A stretch of 64,000 nt of DNA from an uncultured virus (IMG/VR IMGVR_UViG_3300044724_006669) (IMGVR_UViG_3300044724_006669:1-64000); one strand, 5' to 3'. Positions 17,562 to 27,440 are shown, counted from the first letter of the stretch. A program made the numbers and translations. Notes: a model not told the origin generated them from the sequence alone.

Positions 17562-18580
17562 ATAGTTACACCAGTTGGCAACCTCTAGAAGAAGTTATAG
17601 TAGGTAGAGCATACACTCCAGATTATTTTGATTTTATTAACAACTCTACAGTACGAGATCAATTAGGGCAGATATTAGATGAAACAAATGAAGACTTAGA
17701 TAATTTACAAAAGACCTGCGAGCAATATGGTGCACTTGTTAAACGTCCTGGTCTGATTAGCAAAGAAGATTTTCAATATTTCAATATAAAAGACAATGGT
17801 GCACCGTTGCCGCCTTTAACGCCAAGAGATTGGCAAATCACCTTAGGTGACAAACTGTTACGTGTTCTCAGAGTACTTGAATTAGATGATATTTGTGCTG
17901 AATATGGTGATGCAGTGATTAATCCTCATGGCGAGTTTTTAGCACATGATCCAGATTGTGTTGTAGCCGGTGCAAGTGCAAGTTGTATAGTACGTTGTGG
18001 GACCGATATATTCTTTGATAATAGTGATTATCTTAAACCAGATCAAAGTCGTTGGATACAAGAAAATTGTTTAGACAGTCGATATCGTTTTCATGAAGCA
18101 ATCACAGATGGACATGGCGATGCAGTATTTGCAATTCTAAAGCCTGGTGTGATATTGAGTAGTAAATGGGACGACCAATTGGACCTAGACTCAGACTTTC
18201 CAGGTTGGGAAGTTAGTAAACTTGAATCTAGCACAATATGGCATGCAATGGCAGTAGGTAAATTCAAAGAAGAAAACTTCAATGGTGCTTGGTATGTACA
18301 AGGACAAACTCCTACACCTGAGTTTACAAAATTTGTTGATACCTATCTCAAAGAATGGGTTGGGTATGTAAGCGATACTGTATTTGATGTAAACTGCTTA
18401 GTACTAGACGAAGAGAATGTTATATTCAGTGCCTACAATAAACAGGTATTTGATTTCTGTGAAAAGCATCGTATAAACCCAATTATTTCAGAACTTAGAC
18501 ACAGCTACTTTTGGGACGGTGGCGTTAGTTGTTGTACACAAGACATTAGACGTAAAGGTGAATTGGAAACCTATCTTTGA
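17549..18580 (+). CDS. Amidinotransferase (glycine/inosamine-phosphate type)
   Basis: VNSYTSWQPLEEVIVG, PRD, HGD, GGVSCCTQDIRR (catalytic Cys region). Confidence 0.85.
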   Translation: MSKVNSYTSWQPLEEVIVGRAYTPDYFDFINNSTVRDQLGQILDETNEDLDNLQKTCEQYGALVKRPGLISKEDFQYFNIKDNGAPLPPLTPRDWQITLGDKLLRVLRVLELDDICAEYGDAVINPHGEFLAHDPDCVVAGASASCIVRCGTDIFFDNSDYLKPDQSRWIQENCLDSRYRFHEAITDGHGDAVFAILKPGVILSSKWDDQLDLDSDFPGWEVSKLESSTIWHAMAVGKFKEENFNGAWYVQGQTPTPEFTKFVDTYLKEWVGYVSDTVFDVNCLVLDEENVIFSAYNKQVFDFCEKHRINPIISELRHSYFWDGGVSCCTQDIRRKGELETYL

Positions 18581-19266
18581 CACACTATCTACTAAACTTT
18601 GGCGACAGTTGGGCCACTGGTCAGGCAATTGGAGGACTATATCCGCCAGAAAAAATATATGCAGGTATACTAGCAAGAAGACTCAATTGCGAATTAATTG
18701 ATCTTAGTCAAGGTTCAAGCAGTGTACATCATATGCTATTTCAATTAAGAAAATTCCTTGAGAATGACTATCAAAAAGACCATACCTATAGTGCAATATT
18801 TTTTATCACTGCTTTAGAAAGACAAATAGCACTTGATGAAAGTGGTAAGGCAATCGAAATGCATCCACAAAACGATAGAGATAAACTCTATTATAGATTG
18901 GTATACACAAATAAACTAGGTGAATGGCACCTTAACAACACCTTGTATATTTTACAAAATCTTTGCACCAAATACCATATTCGAGACACCTATCTGCTTG
19001 GTTGGCAGCATCCGACACTGGTGCCAGAAATTGACAAATCGCGTTTTTACAAAAATGCTAAAGAAAATGCAATGGAGCTACTTGCTGCCAATGGAAAATC
19101 AGGAGAATTAGTCCCCGGTACCATTGGAAACCTTACACAAATAAGCTATACAAATGACAACTTTATTTCAGGTGATGGTCATCCAAGTGAACTTGGTCAT
19201 GAAAAGATAGCGGAAGAATTATACAATTGGATAGATAATCCCGTAAACATAGCACCAAAGTTCTAA
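18577..19266 (+). CDS. SGNH/GDSL hydrolase-like protein
   Basis: FGDSW block I; DGHPSELGH block V; TTG start. Confidence 0.7.
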   Translation: MTHYLLNFGDSWATGQAIGGLYPPEKIYAGILARRLNCELIDLSQGSSSVHHMLFQLRKFLENDYQKDHTYSAIFFITALERQIALDESGKAIEMHPQNDRDKLYYRLVYTNKLGEWHLNNTLYILQNLCTKYHIRDTYLLGWQHPTLVPEIDKSRFYKNAKENAMELLAANGKSGELVPGTIGNLTQISYTNDNFISGDGHPSELGHEKIAEELYNWIDNPVNIAPKF

Positions 19267-19335
19267 ACCAACATAGTAACCAATGTATGATAATAACGGC
19301 AATGCAAGTAAGGCAAAAATCATTCTTGTATCCAT
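19219..19335 (-). CDS. Small membrane peptide (38 aa, not in ORF track)
   Basis: MDTRMIFALLALPLLSYIGYYVGLELWCYVYGIIYPIV; TAATG coupling to the sufT-like stop. Confidence 0.45.
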   Translation of the reverse strand: MDTRMIFALLALPLLSYIGYYVGLELWCYVYGIIYPIV

Positions 19336-19649
19336 TAGTACCAGCCCATTATTAGTTTGGTTTCTTCAGGAACCATTTCTATTGTAAAAATAGGTTCAAA
19401 TACCAATTGTCTATCAATAGCACGCACGCCAGGTGTACTAATAACTGCATGTTCTATATCGGCACAAATTTGATCTGCAAAAGGACATGCCATACTAGTT
19501 AGTGTATGTTCTATGCCAACCCAGTCACCTTTGATCTCTATCTTATAGATTAAACCTAAATCGTAAACACTTATACTGGGCATCTCAGGATCAAATACTG
19601 TTTGAAGTGATTCTATTACACGTTGTCTTAAATCGTTTTCTTTGGTCAT
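19335..19649 (-). CDS. sufT: DUF59/SufT-PaaD Fe-S cluster maturation protein
   Basis: VFDPEMPSISVYDLGLIY ... TLTSMACP; likely start MTKEN at 19649. Confidence 0.85.
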   Translation of the reverse strand: MTKENDLRQRVIESLQTVFDPEMPSISVYDLGLIYKIEIKGDWVGIEHTLTSMACPFADQICADIEHAVISTPGVRAIDRQLVFEPIFTIEMVPEETKLIMGWY

Positions 19650-20488
19650 TCTATTGCTCTTGTAAGTCCTGTATCGTAATCCCAATCCATCTTTAACCAA
19701 TGATCGTCGGCATCAATTACTTCTTGCAATTCTATAGTATTTAATCCAACCACATCCTTGTGTATTGCGAGTATACTACAGATAACACTTCTACCCCAGG
19801 TATTATTGTCATTTTTATTATAATTATTTTTATTAAAATTAGGACATGCAAACCACCACATGCGATATTCAAGATCTTTAAGAAATGTTATATGTTCTGC
19901 ATAACTCACTTTATCAGCAGTTTCAAAATACAATATTGGTTTTACTGTTTTTAGCATTACAAGTGCACCTTGCAGTACTTCAAGTTCATGACCTTCTACA
20001 TCAATTTTTATCAAACTAGGAAGAGGATAATTCATCATATAACTGTCGATGCTTCTTGCTGAAATTTCTACTCCACCTTTTTCTACAATTGATAATTCAC
20101 CTTTGTTACTAGACTTAGACTGATCAAAGTCTTGTATTTGTATTGTGTCTTTTTTACCATTGCTAATAGCAACATTGTGTACTTTTACATTTGGAGCAAG
20201 TTTTCCTTGTGTATTCATTTGTAGTAGTTTGAAGTTTTGTGGATTTGCTTCCCAACTGCAAACAAAAGTACTATGTTTAGAAAATGCCATAGTATGAACT
20301 CCTATGTTGGCACCAATGTCCCAAACCACTTTTTGTTTGCTATTTACACTGTTTAATAAACCAACTAATAGATCAATTTCTTTTTGCTGATATTCGCCAT
20401 ACTCTCTAAGATTTTTTCCAATAACTTCGTCATTTTTCCAATAGGCAAAGTTTCGATGATATCTTGTTCGTGTGTGTTCTAACTGCAT
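19646..20488 (-). CDS. FkbM-family SAM methyltransferase
   Basis: WDIGANIG, EANP, IKIDVEGHELEVLQG. Confidence 0.9.
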   Translation of the reverse strand: MQLEHTRTRYHRNFAYWKNDEVIGKNLREYGEYQQKEIDLLVGLLNSVNSKQKVVWDIGANIGVHTMAFSKHSTFVCSWEANPQNFKLLQMNTQGKLAPNVKVHNVAISNGKKDTIQIQDFDQSKSSNKGELSIVEKGGVEISARSIDSYMMNYPLPSLIKIDVEGHELEVLQGALVMLKTVKPILYFETADKVSYAEHITFLKDLEYRMWWFACPNFNKNNYNKNDNNTWGRSVICSILAIHKDVVGLNTIELQEVIDADDHWLKMDWDYDTGLTRAIE

Positions 20489-21984
20489 ACAGTTACTCCA
20501 TACTCTTTTTGAAAGCGATTAGCATCAAATCTATCATCAACCATTGGCTCGCCTCTTATGTTTAAACTGGTATTCAACAACATAGGACAACCGGTTTTTT
20601 TATACCACGCACTCAACAACCGTCTTATACCACTATCATTGTCAGGAACTGTTTGTACTCTTGATGTGCCATCTACGTGTATAATAGCAGGAAACTTATC
20701 TGGCTTTGTGCAACGTGCTACTACCTGCATGTAGCGACTTGTGGGTTGATAAAGAGGCATTACAAAATAGTCATGCACATGTTCTTCAAGTATCACAGGA
20801 GCAAACGGTCTAAACTTTTGTCTACGTTTTATCTCATTCACTCGATCCTTGATATTTCGTCCACGCGGATCGGCTAGTAAACTTCTGTTACCTAACGCTC
20901 TTGGACCAAATTCTGCACGTCCATTTGCGACTCCAACAATTTGATTTGTTTCTAATTCTTTTAACAGTTCATCCACTGGATATTCACCTGCTATATTTGA
21001 GCCCAAGTATGGTGTTGTAAAGTTTATGTCTCTACCATATGTGTAGGCCGCGGCTCCCAAACTGCTTCCTGCATCTCCTGGGTTGGGCATTATCCATATT
21101 TTGTTAAACAGTTCACCCAATCGACGATTGATCACACAGTTAAGTGCAACTCCTCCCATGTACACTAGATTTTTACTAGTGCCAATGGCCTTTGCCCTAC
21201 GCATTACAGCCATAACCATTTCTTCGCATAACTGTTGTCCTGCGGCAGCTATGTCTTCAGCAGTAACATCAGGTGCAAACTCAACATCATCAATACCTAT
21301 GTGTAGGTTTTCTTTAAACAGTGGAATATCTGCGAATTGTACAGTTGCACGTTTTAATGTTTTGTATGCCTTGTCGGCATCCCCATATGCGGCCATGCCC
21401 ATTGTGATGTACTCTTCGTCCATTGGCTTCAGTCCACAACGTTGTGTAACTGCACTGTAGAACATACCAATACTGTGTGGATAGGTTTGTTTGTATAATA
21501 GTTTGTAATTTGCCTTAGCATGTTCACCTGCTAAACATGCACCATTGTAGTAGGCGTGGTATATGCTTATAGTATCCGACTCACCTATTGCATCAATAAC
21601 AACTACTGTTGCATCATCGAATGGTGATGTTTGAAAGCCTGCGGCCGCATGCGATAGATGATGTCCAACACTGCTTATTTCTGCTTTGGTGTTTTCCATT
21701 ATATAAGGAATTGTACGTACGAGTTCGGTACGTGTACGCCAAGCACCTCCCCAATTTTCGCCACTTTTAATTTTACGCAGTTGTCTTAGATATGGCTTTT
21801 CATAGTAGACTATCATGTCAAAAGGTCCATATTTAAGAACGTGTTCTTGAAGACTTTGAGGAATAGTAGGATCGTTTTTCTTTTTGCTATATCGTTCAGC
21901 ATGACCTGCAAACAGTATTCTGTGATTGTGTACCACAGTAAGAGCGGCATCGTGGAATCCTGCACTAACTCCTAGTATTCTCAT
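20479..21984 (-). CDS. O-carbamoyltransferase (NodU/CmcH family)
   Basis: HDAA, ERYS, HHLSHAA, DAIGE, GGVALNC, EFGPRALGNRS, FRPFAP, LNTSLN. Confidence 0.93.
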   Translation of the reverse strand: MRILGVSAGFHDAALTVVHNHRILFAGHAERYSKKKNDPTIPQSLQEHVLKYGPFDMIVYYEKPYLRQLRKIKSGENWGGAWRTRTELVRTIPYIMENTKAEISSVGHHLSHAAAGFQTSPFDDATVVVIDAIGESDTISIYHAYYNGACLAGEHAKANYKLLYKQTYPHSIGMFYSAVTQRCGLKPMDEEYITMGMAAYGDADKAYKTLKRATVQFADIPLFKENLHIGIDDVEFAPDVTAEDIAAAGQQLCEEMVMAVMRRAKAIGTSKNLVYMGGVALNCVINRRLGELFNKIWIMPNPGDAGSSLGAAAYTYGRDINFTTPYLGSNIAGEYPVDELLKELETNQIVGVANGRAEFGPRALGNRSLLADPRGRNIKDRVNEIKRRQKFRPFAPVILEEHVHDYFVMPLYQPTSRYMQVVARCTKPDKFPAIIHVDGTSRVQTVPDNDSGIRRLLSAWYKKTGCPMLLNTSLNIRGEPMVDDRFDANRFQKEYGVTVCS

Positions 21985-22095
21985 TTAGAAAAATCCTAAT
22001 AATGACATGCCAACAAAAAATACAAGTAATATAATTATAATATTTGCTGCCCATTTAACCCAAAAATTTGGATCATAATCATTAAGTGGAAACAT
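21985..22095 (-). CDS. Small membrane peptide (36 aa, not in ORF track)
   Basis: MFPLNDYDPNFWVKWAANIIIILLVFFVGMSLLGFF; exactly fills the metK-carbamoyltransferase gap. Confidence 0.6.
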   Translation of the reverse strand: MFPLNDYDPNFWVKWAANIIIILLVFFVGMSLLGFF

Positions 22096-23195
22096 TACCA
22101 GCCTACCTTTTCCCAAGGAACATCTTTGTTGCCAAAGTGTCCGTATGTGCAATTTGCACTGTATTCATAAAATTTAAAAAGATCAAATCTATCAATTATA
22201 CCTTTTGGCGTAAGATCAATATTGTCTCTGATAAACTTTTGTATACTTCTGTTGTGTCCATTTGAATCTACATAGATGCTGGTAGGTTCTTTTACGCCAA
22301 TAGCATAACTTAATTGTATTTGACACCAGTCAGCCATATCGTCTGCAACTACATTCTTTGCCAACCAACGAGCCATATAGGCCGCACTACGGTCTACCTT
22401 AGTAGGATCTTTTCCACTAAATGCCCCACCACCGTGAGGAGCAAAACCACCATAGGTATCAACAATAATTTTACGACCAGTAAGTCCAGTGTCACCATCG
22501 GGTCCACCAATAACAAATTTGCCAGTAGGATTAAAATGAAATACTGTATTGTCATCTATTAAATTGCCTAGTACTTTTTCTACTGCGGTTTTGAAAGGTG
22601 CTATAACACTATGTTGAAAACCTTCTTTGTGTTGATGACTTATAACAACTTGATCAATACGTTTTACTTTTCCGCCTTCATATTCAACACTAACTTGACT
22701 CTTTGCATCTGGTAGCAAAAAATGATAACCATCTGCTCGCATGTCATTTAGTTCTTTTAGTAGTTCGTGTGAATAATAGATAGGTGCTGGCATCATTGCT
22801 TCATTGTCATTGCAAGCATATCCAAACATAATACCTTGATCACCTGCACCAAAATCATCTGTACCTAGAGCAATGTCTGAACTTTGAGAGTGCAACTGGT
22901 TGTTGATTGTTTTGTTATCAACTTTAAGTTTATCCCAATGAAAGCCTTCTTGCTCATAGCCGATCTCTTTAACTTTGTCTCTAATAATCTGCTCAACTTG
23001 TTCATCAGTGACGTTGAAGTTTTTTACTTCTCCTGCTAGTACAACATAATTTGTTGTTACCATTGTTTCAACTGCAACACGTGTTGTTTCGTCACCGGCT
23101 TGCAAACCAGCATCGACTAATGCATCTGATATTTGGTCTGCTATTTTGTCAGGATGGCCTTTGCTCACTGACTCTGATGTGAAAATATAACTCAT
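22095..23195 (-). CDS. metK: S-adenosylmethionine synthetase
   Basis: FTSESVS.GHPDK, GAGDQG, DAKSQV, GLTGRKIIVDTYGG, GGGAFSGKD. Confidence 0.97.
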   Translation of the reverse strand: MSYIFTSESVSKGHPDKIADQISDALVDAGLQAGDETTRVAVETMVTTNYVVLAGEVKNFNVTDEQVEQIIRDKVKEIGYEQEGFHWDKLKVDNKTINNQLHSQSSDIALGTDDFGAGDQGIMFGYACNDNEAMMPAPIYYSHELLKELNDMRADGYHFLLPDAKSQVSVEYEGGKVKRIDQVVISHQHKEGFQHSVIAPFKTAVEKVLGNLIDDNTVFHFNPTGKFVIGGPDGDTGLTGRKIIVDTYGGFAPHGGGAFSGKDPTKVDRSAAYMARWLAKNVVADDMADWCQIQLSYAIGVKEPTSIYVDSNGHNRSIQKFIRDNIDLTPKGIIDRFDLFKFYEYSANCTYGHFGNKDVPWEKVGW

Positions 23196-23296
23196 TTGTA
23201 TATAAAAGGATCCCTTTTCCTCAGTTCTTTTAATTTTTTACGATATCTTATTTCTAGTTTTATTTTGCTGATAAGATTCTTGAACCATTTTATCAT
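23192..23296 (-). CDS. Small basic peptide (34 aa, not in ORF track)
   Basis: MIKWFKNLISKIKLEIRYRKKLKELRKRDPFIYK; AAGGAG RBS at 23303-23308; ATGA-coupled to metK. Confidence 0.7.
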   Translation of the reverse strand: MIKWFKNLISKIKLEIRYRKKLKELRKRDPFIYK

Positions 23297-23319
23297 TATA
23301 CACTCCTTTAGTGTAGTTG

Positions 23320-24378
23320 TCAATCAATTAAAGGTATTTGTAGTTCTTTACTTTGATGCCATGTGTAATCGTATTCGCAATAACTTTTACTGGTTTTGAT
23401 ACTGTATACATCAAGATATTGTGATAATTTTGCTAACACTTGCAAAAAATCCTCTGTGCCAAAACTGTGTTTTAAATCAACCTGTCCAATTTTTGGATGA
23501 CCTATTGTCAAACTAGGGTCATCTGGATCAAAATTGTTTGCCTTGAGCCATGTTCTAAAATCATTTAGTTTTGTTTGCATAAAACTTTGGTCAGAAGTTG
23601 CTTTACCCCATTCTATGTCAAAATCACCTGCAGCTTCTGTTTGTGGTTTAAGTGTGGTGGTTGTAAGCTCGTCAATTCTACTGTCTCTGCCTTCGTCGCT
23701 AAAAACCTCATAATGATGTTTTCCTACTGCTTTGTTAACACCAACGTATACACCACCGTGATCTCTTGCTATTGTGTCAACTCCAAATTGATTATAATCT
23801 TCAGCATCTAGTACAAATCTTGGAGCATGCAACCAACACATAACATTACTAGGACGTATCCATTCCGGAGCCGCATCTTTTCTTCCTAAACTTATTATAA
23901 GACATTCTGCTTCATGACATAATAAATTAAGTTGCCTGATATACCAACGTGTTTCTGCATCAGCATTAGTATAATGTTCGCTCATTGCACCACTCACACC
24001 TTGTGTTTCCTCAAAGTATAAATGCAACTGGTTGAATTTTGTATGATTTATATCAATTTTCACTGCTTGGTTAAGTTCACTCCAATTTTTTTCAACCATA
24101 TTTTCAGCAGAAAAATAATCTTTTATAACATAGTCAATGTTGCTGCCATTTATCCCTGCAATAGTTCTATTGATTTCACTGGCTAAAAAGTCTAAGTTAC
24201 GTTCATTGTCAGGAAATCCAAAAAAGCAATAGTTTTTTTCAAGATGTAATTTATTATCCAGTAAATTATTAAATGCAGTTAACCATTTACGACTTAAACT
24301 ATTATCATACACATCAAAGAATACAGGCAACAAACCATTTGGCCCACGCAATTGCATTTCAACCCGATCAAGCATCAA
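23320..24378 (-). CDS. Hypothetical protein
   Basis: 352-aa ORF in operon; no family recognised. Confidence 0.8.
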   Translation of the reverse strand: MMLDRVEMQLRGPNGLLPVFFDVYDNSLSRKWLTAFNNLLDNKLHLEKNYCFFGFPDNERNLDFLASEINRTIAGINGSNIDYVIKDYFSAENMVEKNWSELNQAVKIDINHTKFNQLHLYFEETQGVSGAMSEHYTNADAETRWYIRQLNLLCHEAECLIISLGRKDAAPEWIRPSNVMCWLHAPRFVLDAEDYNQFGVDTIARDHGGVYVGVNKAVGKHHYEVFSDEGRDSRIDELTTTTLKPQTEAAGDFDIEWGKATSDQSFMQTKLNDFRTWLKANNFDPDDPSLTIGHPKIGQVDLKHSFGTEDFLQVLAKLSQYLDVYSIKTSKSYCEYDYTWHQSKELQIPLID

Positions 24379-25678
24379 TGCTATTCCACCAATCTAACAC
24401 TTCTTGATCTTTGCTGAGTATATCTTTCATAGTAAACTTATCATTTCTAATCTCTTCTAATTTGAGTACACGCCTTTTTCCTTCTTGCATACCTTGTATG
24501 TAATCAGGAAACTGTTCTTCCATCGTTGGTCTATTTTTAAGTTGGACAAGCACGTCTTGCAATGCAGTTCCTAATACATTATTGTTAATTAGTTGGTTGA
24601 CCATGCGATCTAATAATTTACGAGGCAATGCAAGTGGTGACATAATAATATCTGGCGTAAATGTAAAAATAACTTTAGCAAGGATGTCAACACCTAATCT
24701 ATCGGCTAATTGTTGCATGTGTACAACTTCAAACAATCCAGGTAGTGTAAGAGTAAAGTCTAAACGCATTTGCCGTCTGTGCGTTGCGATATCACAACCT
24801 TGTTTAAAATTATCTACAAATTGATCATAGTTTAGTCCAGTTCTTATATATTCACCAATAGCACCTGTGCCATCAATACTGGCACATATCTGCCAATCAC
24901 GTATATTAGCAAGTATATCTTTATAGAGATTTTGACCTTTATAATTCACTCTACTAAGATTGCTATTATAACGTGCATACAATCCAGGCCCATCGCCAAG
25001 TTCGACTATGCGTTTCATGTATCGCCAGTGTTGTTCATACATCAGTGGTTCGCCACCTACCCAATAGATTTCTTCAATTCTATGTTCTTCAACTGCATCT
25101 GAAAACTCTTTTTCAATTTGTGTATCCTGAAATTTGCTTATTTCTTTACGAACCTCTGGCCGCATCCAGTTGTTTTTTGGGTTGTCTAAATTAACCATGT
25201 TGTGTTTACGTTGTTCTGTTTCCCAACTTGAACTAAGCATATCACCACAGGTACGACATTTAAAGTTACACAAGTTTGAAAATCTATAGTCCCAACTGAT
25301 TGGCTTCATTGAGGTCCAACCAGTGTCGTCGGTACTGGTCCATAGCTCATCATAACGGTGTTGAAACAAGTGCCAAAAGTAAGTTCTATACACATCAGTA
25401 TTAAGAAGTTTATCTGTACAAACTTCGCACTCGCTTAGTTTTTCACCAGCCATCATACGCCTTCTTACACTACGCATATGATCGCCGTTCCAATGTTCTT
25501 CTAGTGTTTGCGGATTGTATGTTCCTGTGCCCGATCCAGTATCAATATACTGTTTAAAGCTCTGTGCTGATTCACGACTAGCACAACACATTCTGCGTTC
25601 GGTCTGCGGAGATAGATAGGTGTGTGTCCACGGAGCCATGCATAAGGTTTCAGGCTTTTGTTCAGGCCTGTCTACCAT
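24368..25678 (-). CDS. Radical SAM protein with N-terminal twitch/SPASM-like Cys domain
   Basis: CMAPW..MCC..CEVC; CNFKCRTC; GGEPL; ASIDG. Confidence 0.9.
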   Translation of the reverse strand: MVDRPEQKPETLCMAPWTHTYLSPQTERRMCCASRESAQSFKQYIDTGSGTGTYNPQTLEEHWNGDHMRSVRRRMMAGEKLSECEVCTDKLLNTDVYRTYFWHLFQHRYDELWTSTDDTGWTSMKPISWDYRFSNLCNFKCRTCGDMLSSSWETEQRKHNMVNLDNPKNNWMRPEVRKEISKFQDTQIEKEFSDAVEEHRIEEIYWVGGEPLMYEQHWRYMKRIVELGDGPGLYARYNSNLSRVNYKGQNLYKDILANIRDWQICASIDGTGAIGEYIRTGLNYDQFVDNFKQGCDIATHRRQMRLDFTLTLPGLFEVVHMQQLADRLGVDILAKVIFTFTPDIIMSPLALPRKLLDRMVNQLINNNVLGTALQDVLVQLKNRPTMEEQFPDYIQGMQEGKRRVLKLEEIRNDKFTMKDILSKDQEVLDWWNSIDA

Positions 25679-26238
25679 TCAAATGCTATCTGTTCTTGTT
25701 CAGTGAGTATTGTTCTTCTAAACAGTTCTGCACCCTTGTGAACATTTGCTTCCCATTCACGGCCTTGATCTTCACCGTCTGCGTCACTGTCTGAAATGTA
25801 CTTGTAACAGTCAAAAGGAATATTGAATTTATGACAAACTTTTGCGAGTGCGTATGCTTCCATTTCGCATATTTGATAGTTAATGTGCGGCACGCTAAAA
25901 CTGTCTCCTGTTCCGCACACAAACAGACTGTCGTGTTTGGTCTGACACACTATCATTTGTTCTTCATCGCCAGGTGAAACATACAATGGCAAGCCAAGAG
26001 GAGTGCAATCCATATCACGTTCAATAACTGCACTTACTCCTACAAGTTCGCCTTTAATTTCTTTACTGCCGCCTGCTGAACCGTAGTTTATAATTTTTGT
26101 ATAATGATTGTTATGGCATAACTCAGCAGTAAGTGCGATACTTGCATTTACTTTCCCTACGCCTGTGATTAATTTTTTATATCCGCTTGGTAACGATCCT
26201 GGTAATTCTTCTTCTAGTGCTATGACAACTAATATCAT
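25672..26238 (-). CDS. mtnN: MTA/SAH nucleosidase
   Basis: ALEEE, TGVGKVNA, INYGSAG, TGDSF, EMEAYALA, KYISD. Confidence 0.85.
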   Translation of the reverse strand: MILVVIALEEELPGSLPSGYKKLITGVGKVNASIALTAELCHNNHYTKIINYGSAGGSKEIKGELVGVSAVIERDMDCTPLGLPLYVSPGDEEQMIVCQTKHDSLFVCGTGDSFSVPHINYQICEMEAYALAKVCHKFNIPFDCYKYISDSDADGEDQGREWEANVHKGAELFRRTILTEQEQIAFEW

Positions 26239-27440
26239 GTGTTTGGTCCTTCGTAATCTATTGCATCTGCGAGTTCTGGATGGTGTATACGCAAATCCTG
26301 TGATCTTCGACGGTCTACCTGTTGCACACTTCTACGTAGTTCTGTGCCATCTAAACTGATACCTGCTTCTATAAAATCTACTATCTTGACAAACTCTTTC
26401 ATATGAAAATTAGATACCTTAGCAGACATTAATTTATTAGATACAAGCTCTTTTGCACGGTCAGGCAGAGTACCAACACTGTGATGCCGTGCTTCGTGTA
26501 GCATGTTCCAGTATATAAAATCAAAATTACGTTGGTCAATCCAATTTGCCAAGCCTTCCAAGTACATAACGTTAAAAATATTCACAGTTGAACACACTTG
26601 CAATTGTATGTTTGTGTTGCGATCACGCAGAGCCTCAAATCTATCCATGTTTGCATTTACTTCATCCCATACGGCATTTGCACGTTGATATTCAAAACGT
26701 GGACCAACATCGTCTATGCTAAAAGCAATCTCAACCAATTTAAAATTTTTCCAAATTGATTCTGCATGGTCTGGAAAGTGTGTTCCGTTTGTATTGTAAT
26801 GTATTTCTACATTTGATGCAATGCCTTGATCAACCATTCTTTGTAGTAAATCAAAATGTTCTTGTATCATAAATGGTTCGCCACCAGTAAACTCCAAGTA
26901 TTGTACTTGCTCCATTAGTTTATCAATCTCTGTCCAAAACTTTTGATTGCGTCTTGGCCATGCTCCATCTTTAAGCATTTGATAATGAAAGCTGTCTTTA
27001 CCCTCAAATTTAACTTCTTCAGCAGCAAACGTACTCGAGCTCCACGATCCACATATTCTACATTTTAAATTACATATGTTGCCAAGTTTAAAATCTATAA
27101 ACACCAAGGGTTTTGCATCAACAGTCCATTCGGTGTCTGTAACAATATGTTCTAATCTGTTAAGTGTGTGCATCCGTTTTGAGGTACGACCTGAGCGTTC
27201 TTCGTTCCAACATTTACGACAAGTTTCAGGTTGAATGCCATCTAAAAACTCTTTACGCAATGTTTGCATATAATCACTATTGTGTATTTTATTTAGGTCG
27301 GTATTAAGCAAACTATATTTTTTGCCGTTATTGTCTGTTATTTCATCTTCTGCTAGACAACAAGGTCGGACTGTTCCAATTGGTGATGTTTCTAAACTTA
27401 CCCATGGCAACACACAAAACTTTTCATGTGGTAACTTCAC
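26235..27440 (-). CDS. Radical SAM protein with N-terminal twitch/SPASM-like Cys domain
   Basis: CVLPW..PCC..CRKC; CNLKCRIC; GGEPF; YNTNGT. Confidence 0.9.
   Translation of the reverse strand: MKLPHEKFCVLPWVSLETSPIGTVRPCCLAEDEITDNNGKKYSLLNTDLNKIHNSDYMQTLRKEFLDGIQPETCRKCWNEERSGRTSKRMHTLNRLEHIVTDTEWTVDAKPLVFIDFKLGNICNLKCRICGSWSSSTFAAEEVKFEGKDSFHYQMLKDGAWPRRNQKFWTEIDKLMEQVQYLEFTGGEPFMIQEHFDLLQRMVDQGIASNVEIHYNTNGTHFPDHAESIWKNFKLVEIAFSIDDVGPRFEYQRANAVWDEVNANMDRFEALRDRNTNIQLQVCSTVNIFNVMYLEGLANWIDQRNFDFIYWNMLHEARHHSVGTLPDRAKELVSNKLMSAKVSNFHMKEFVKIVDFIEAGISLDGTELRRSVQQVDRRRSQDLRIHHPELADAIDYEGPNT

Noticed and set aside
10953..21984. Carbamoyl-hydroxymethylcytosine DNA modification system
   Set aside because: ThyX looks canonical and no dCMP hydroxymethylase is visible in this window; not excluded genome-wide.
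17549..23296. Saxitoxin-like cluster (SxtG/SxtI/SxtK/SxtL analogues)
   Set aside because: No SxtA-like PKS or Rieske oxygenases; the context is sugar-nucleotide enzymes, so the resemblance is only at enzyme-class level.
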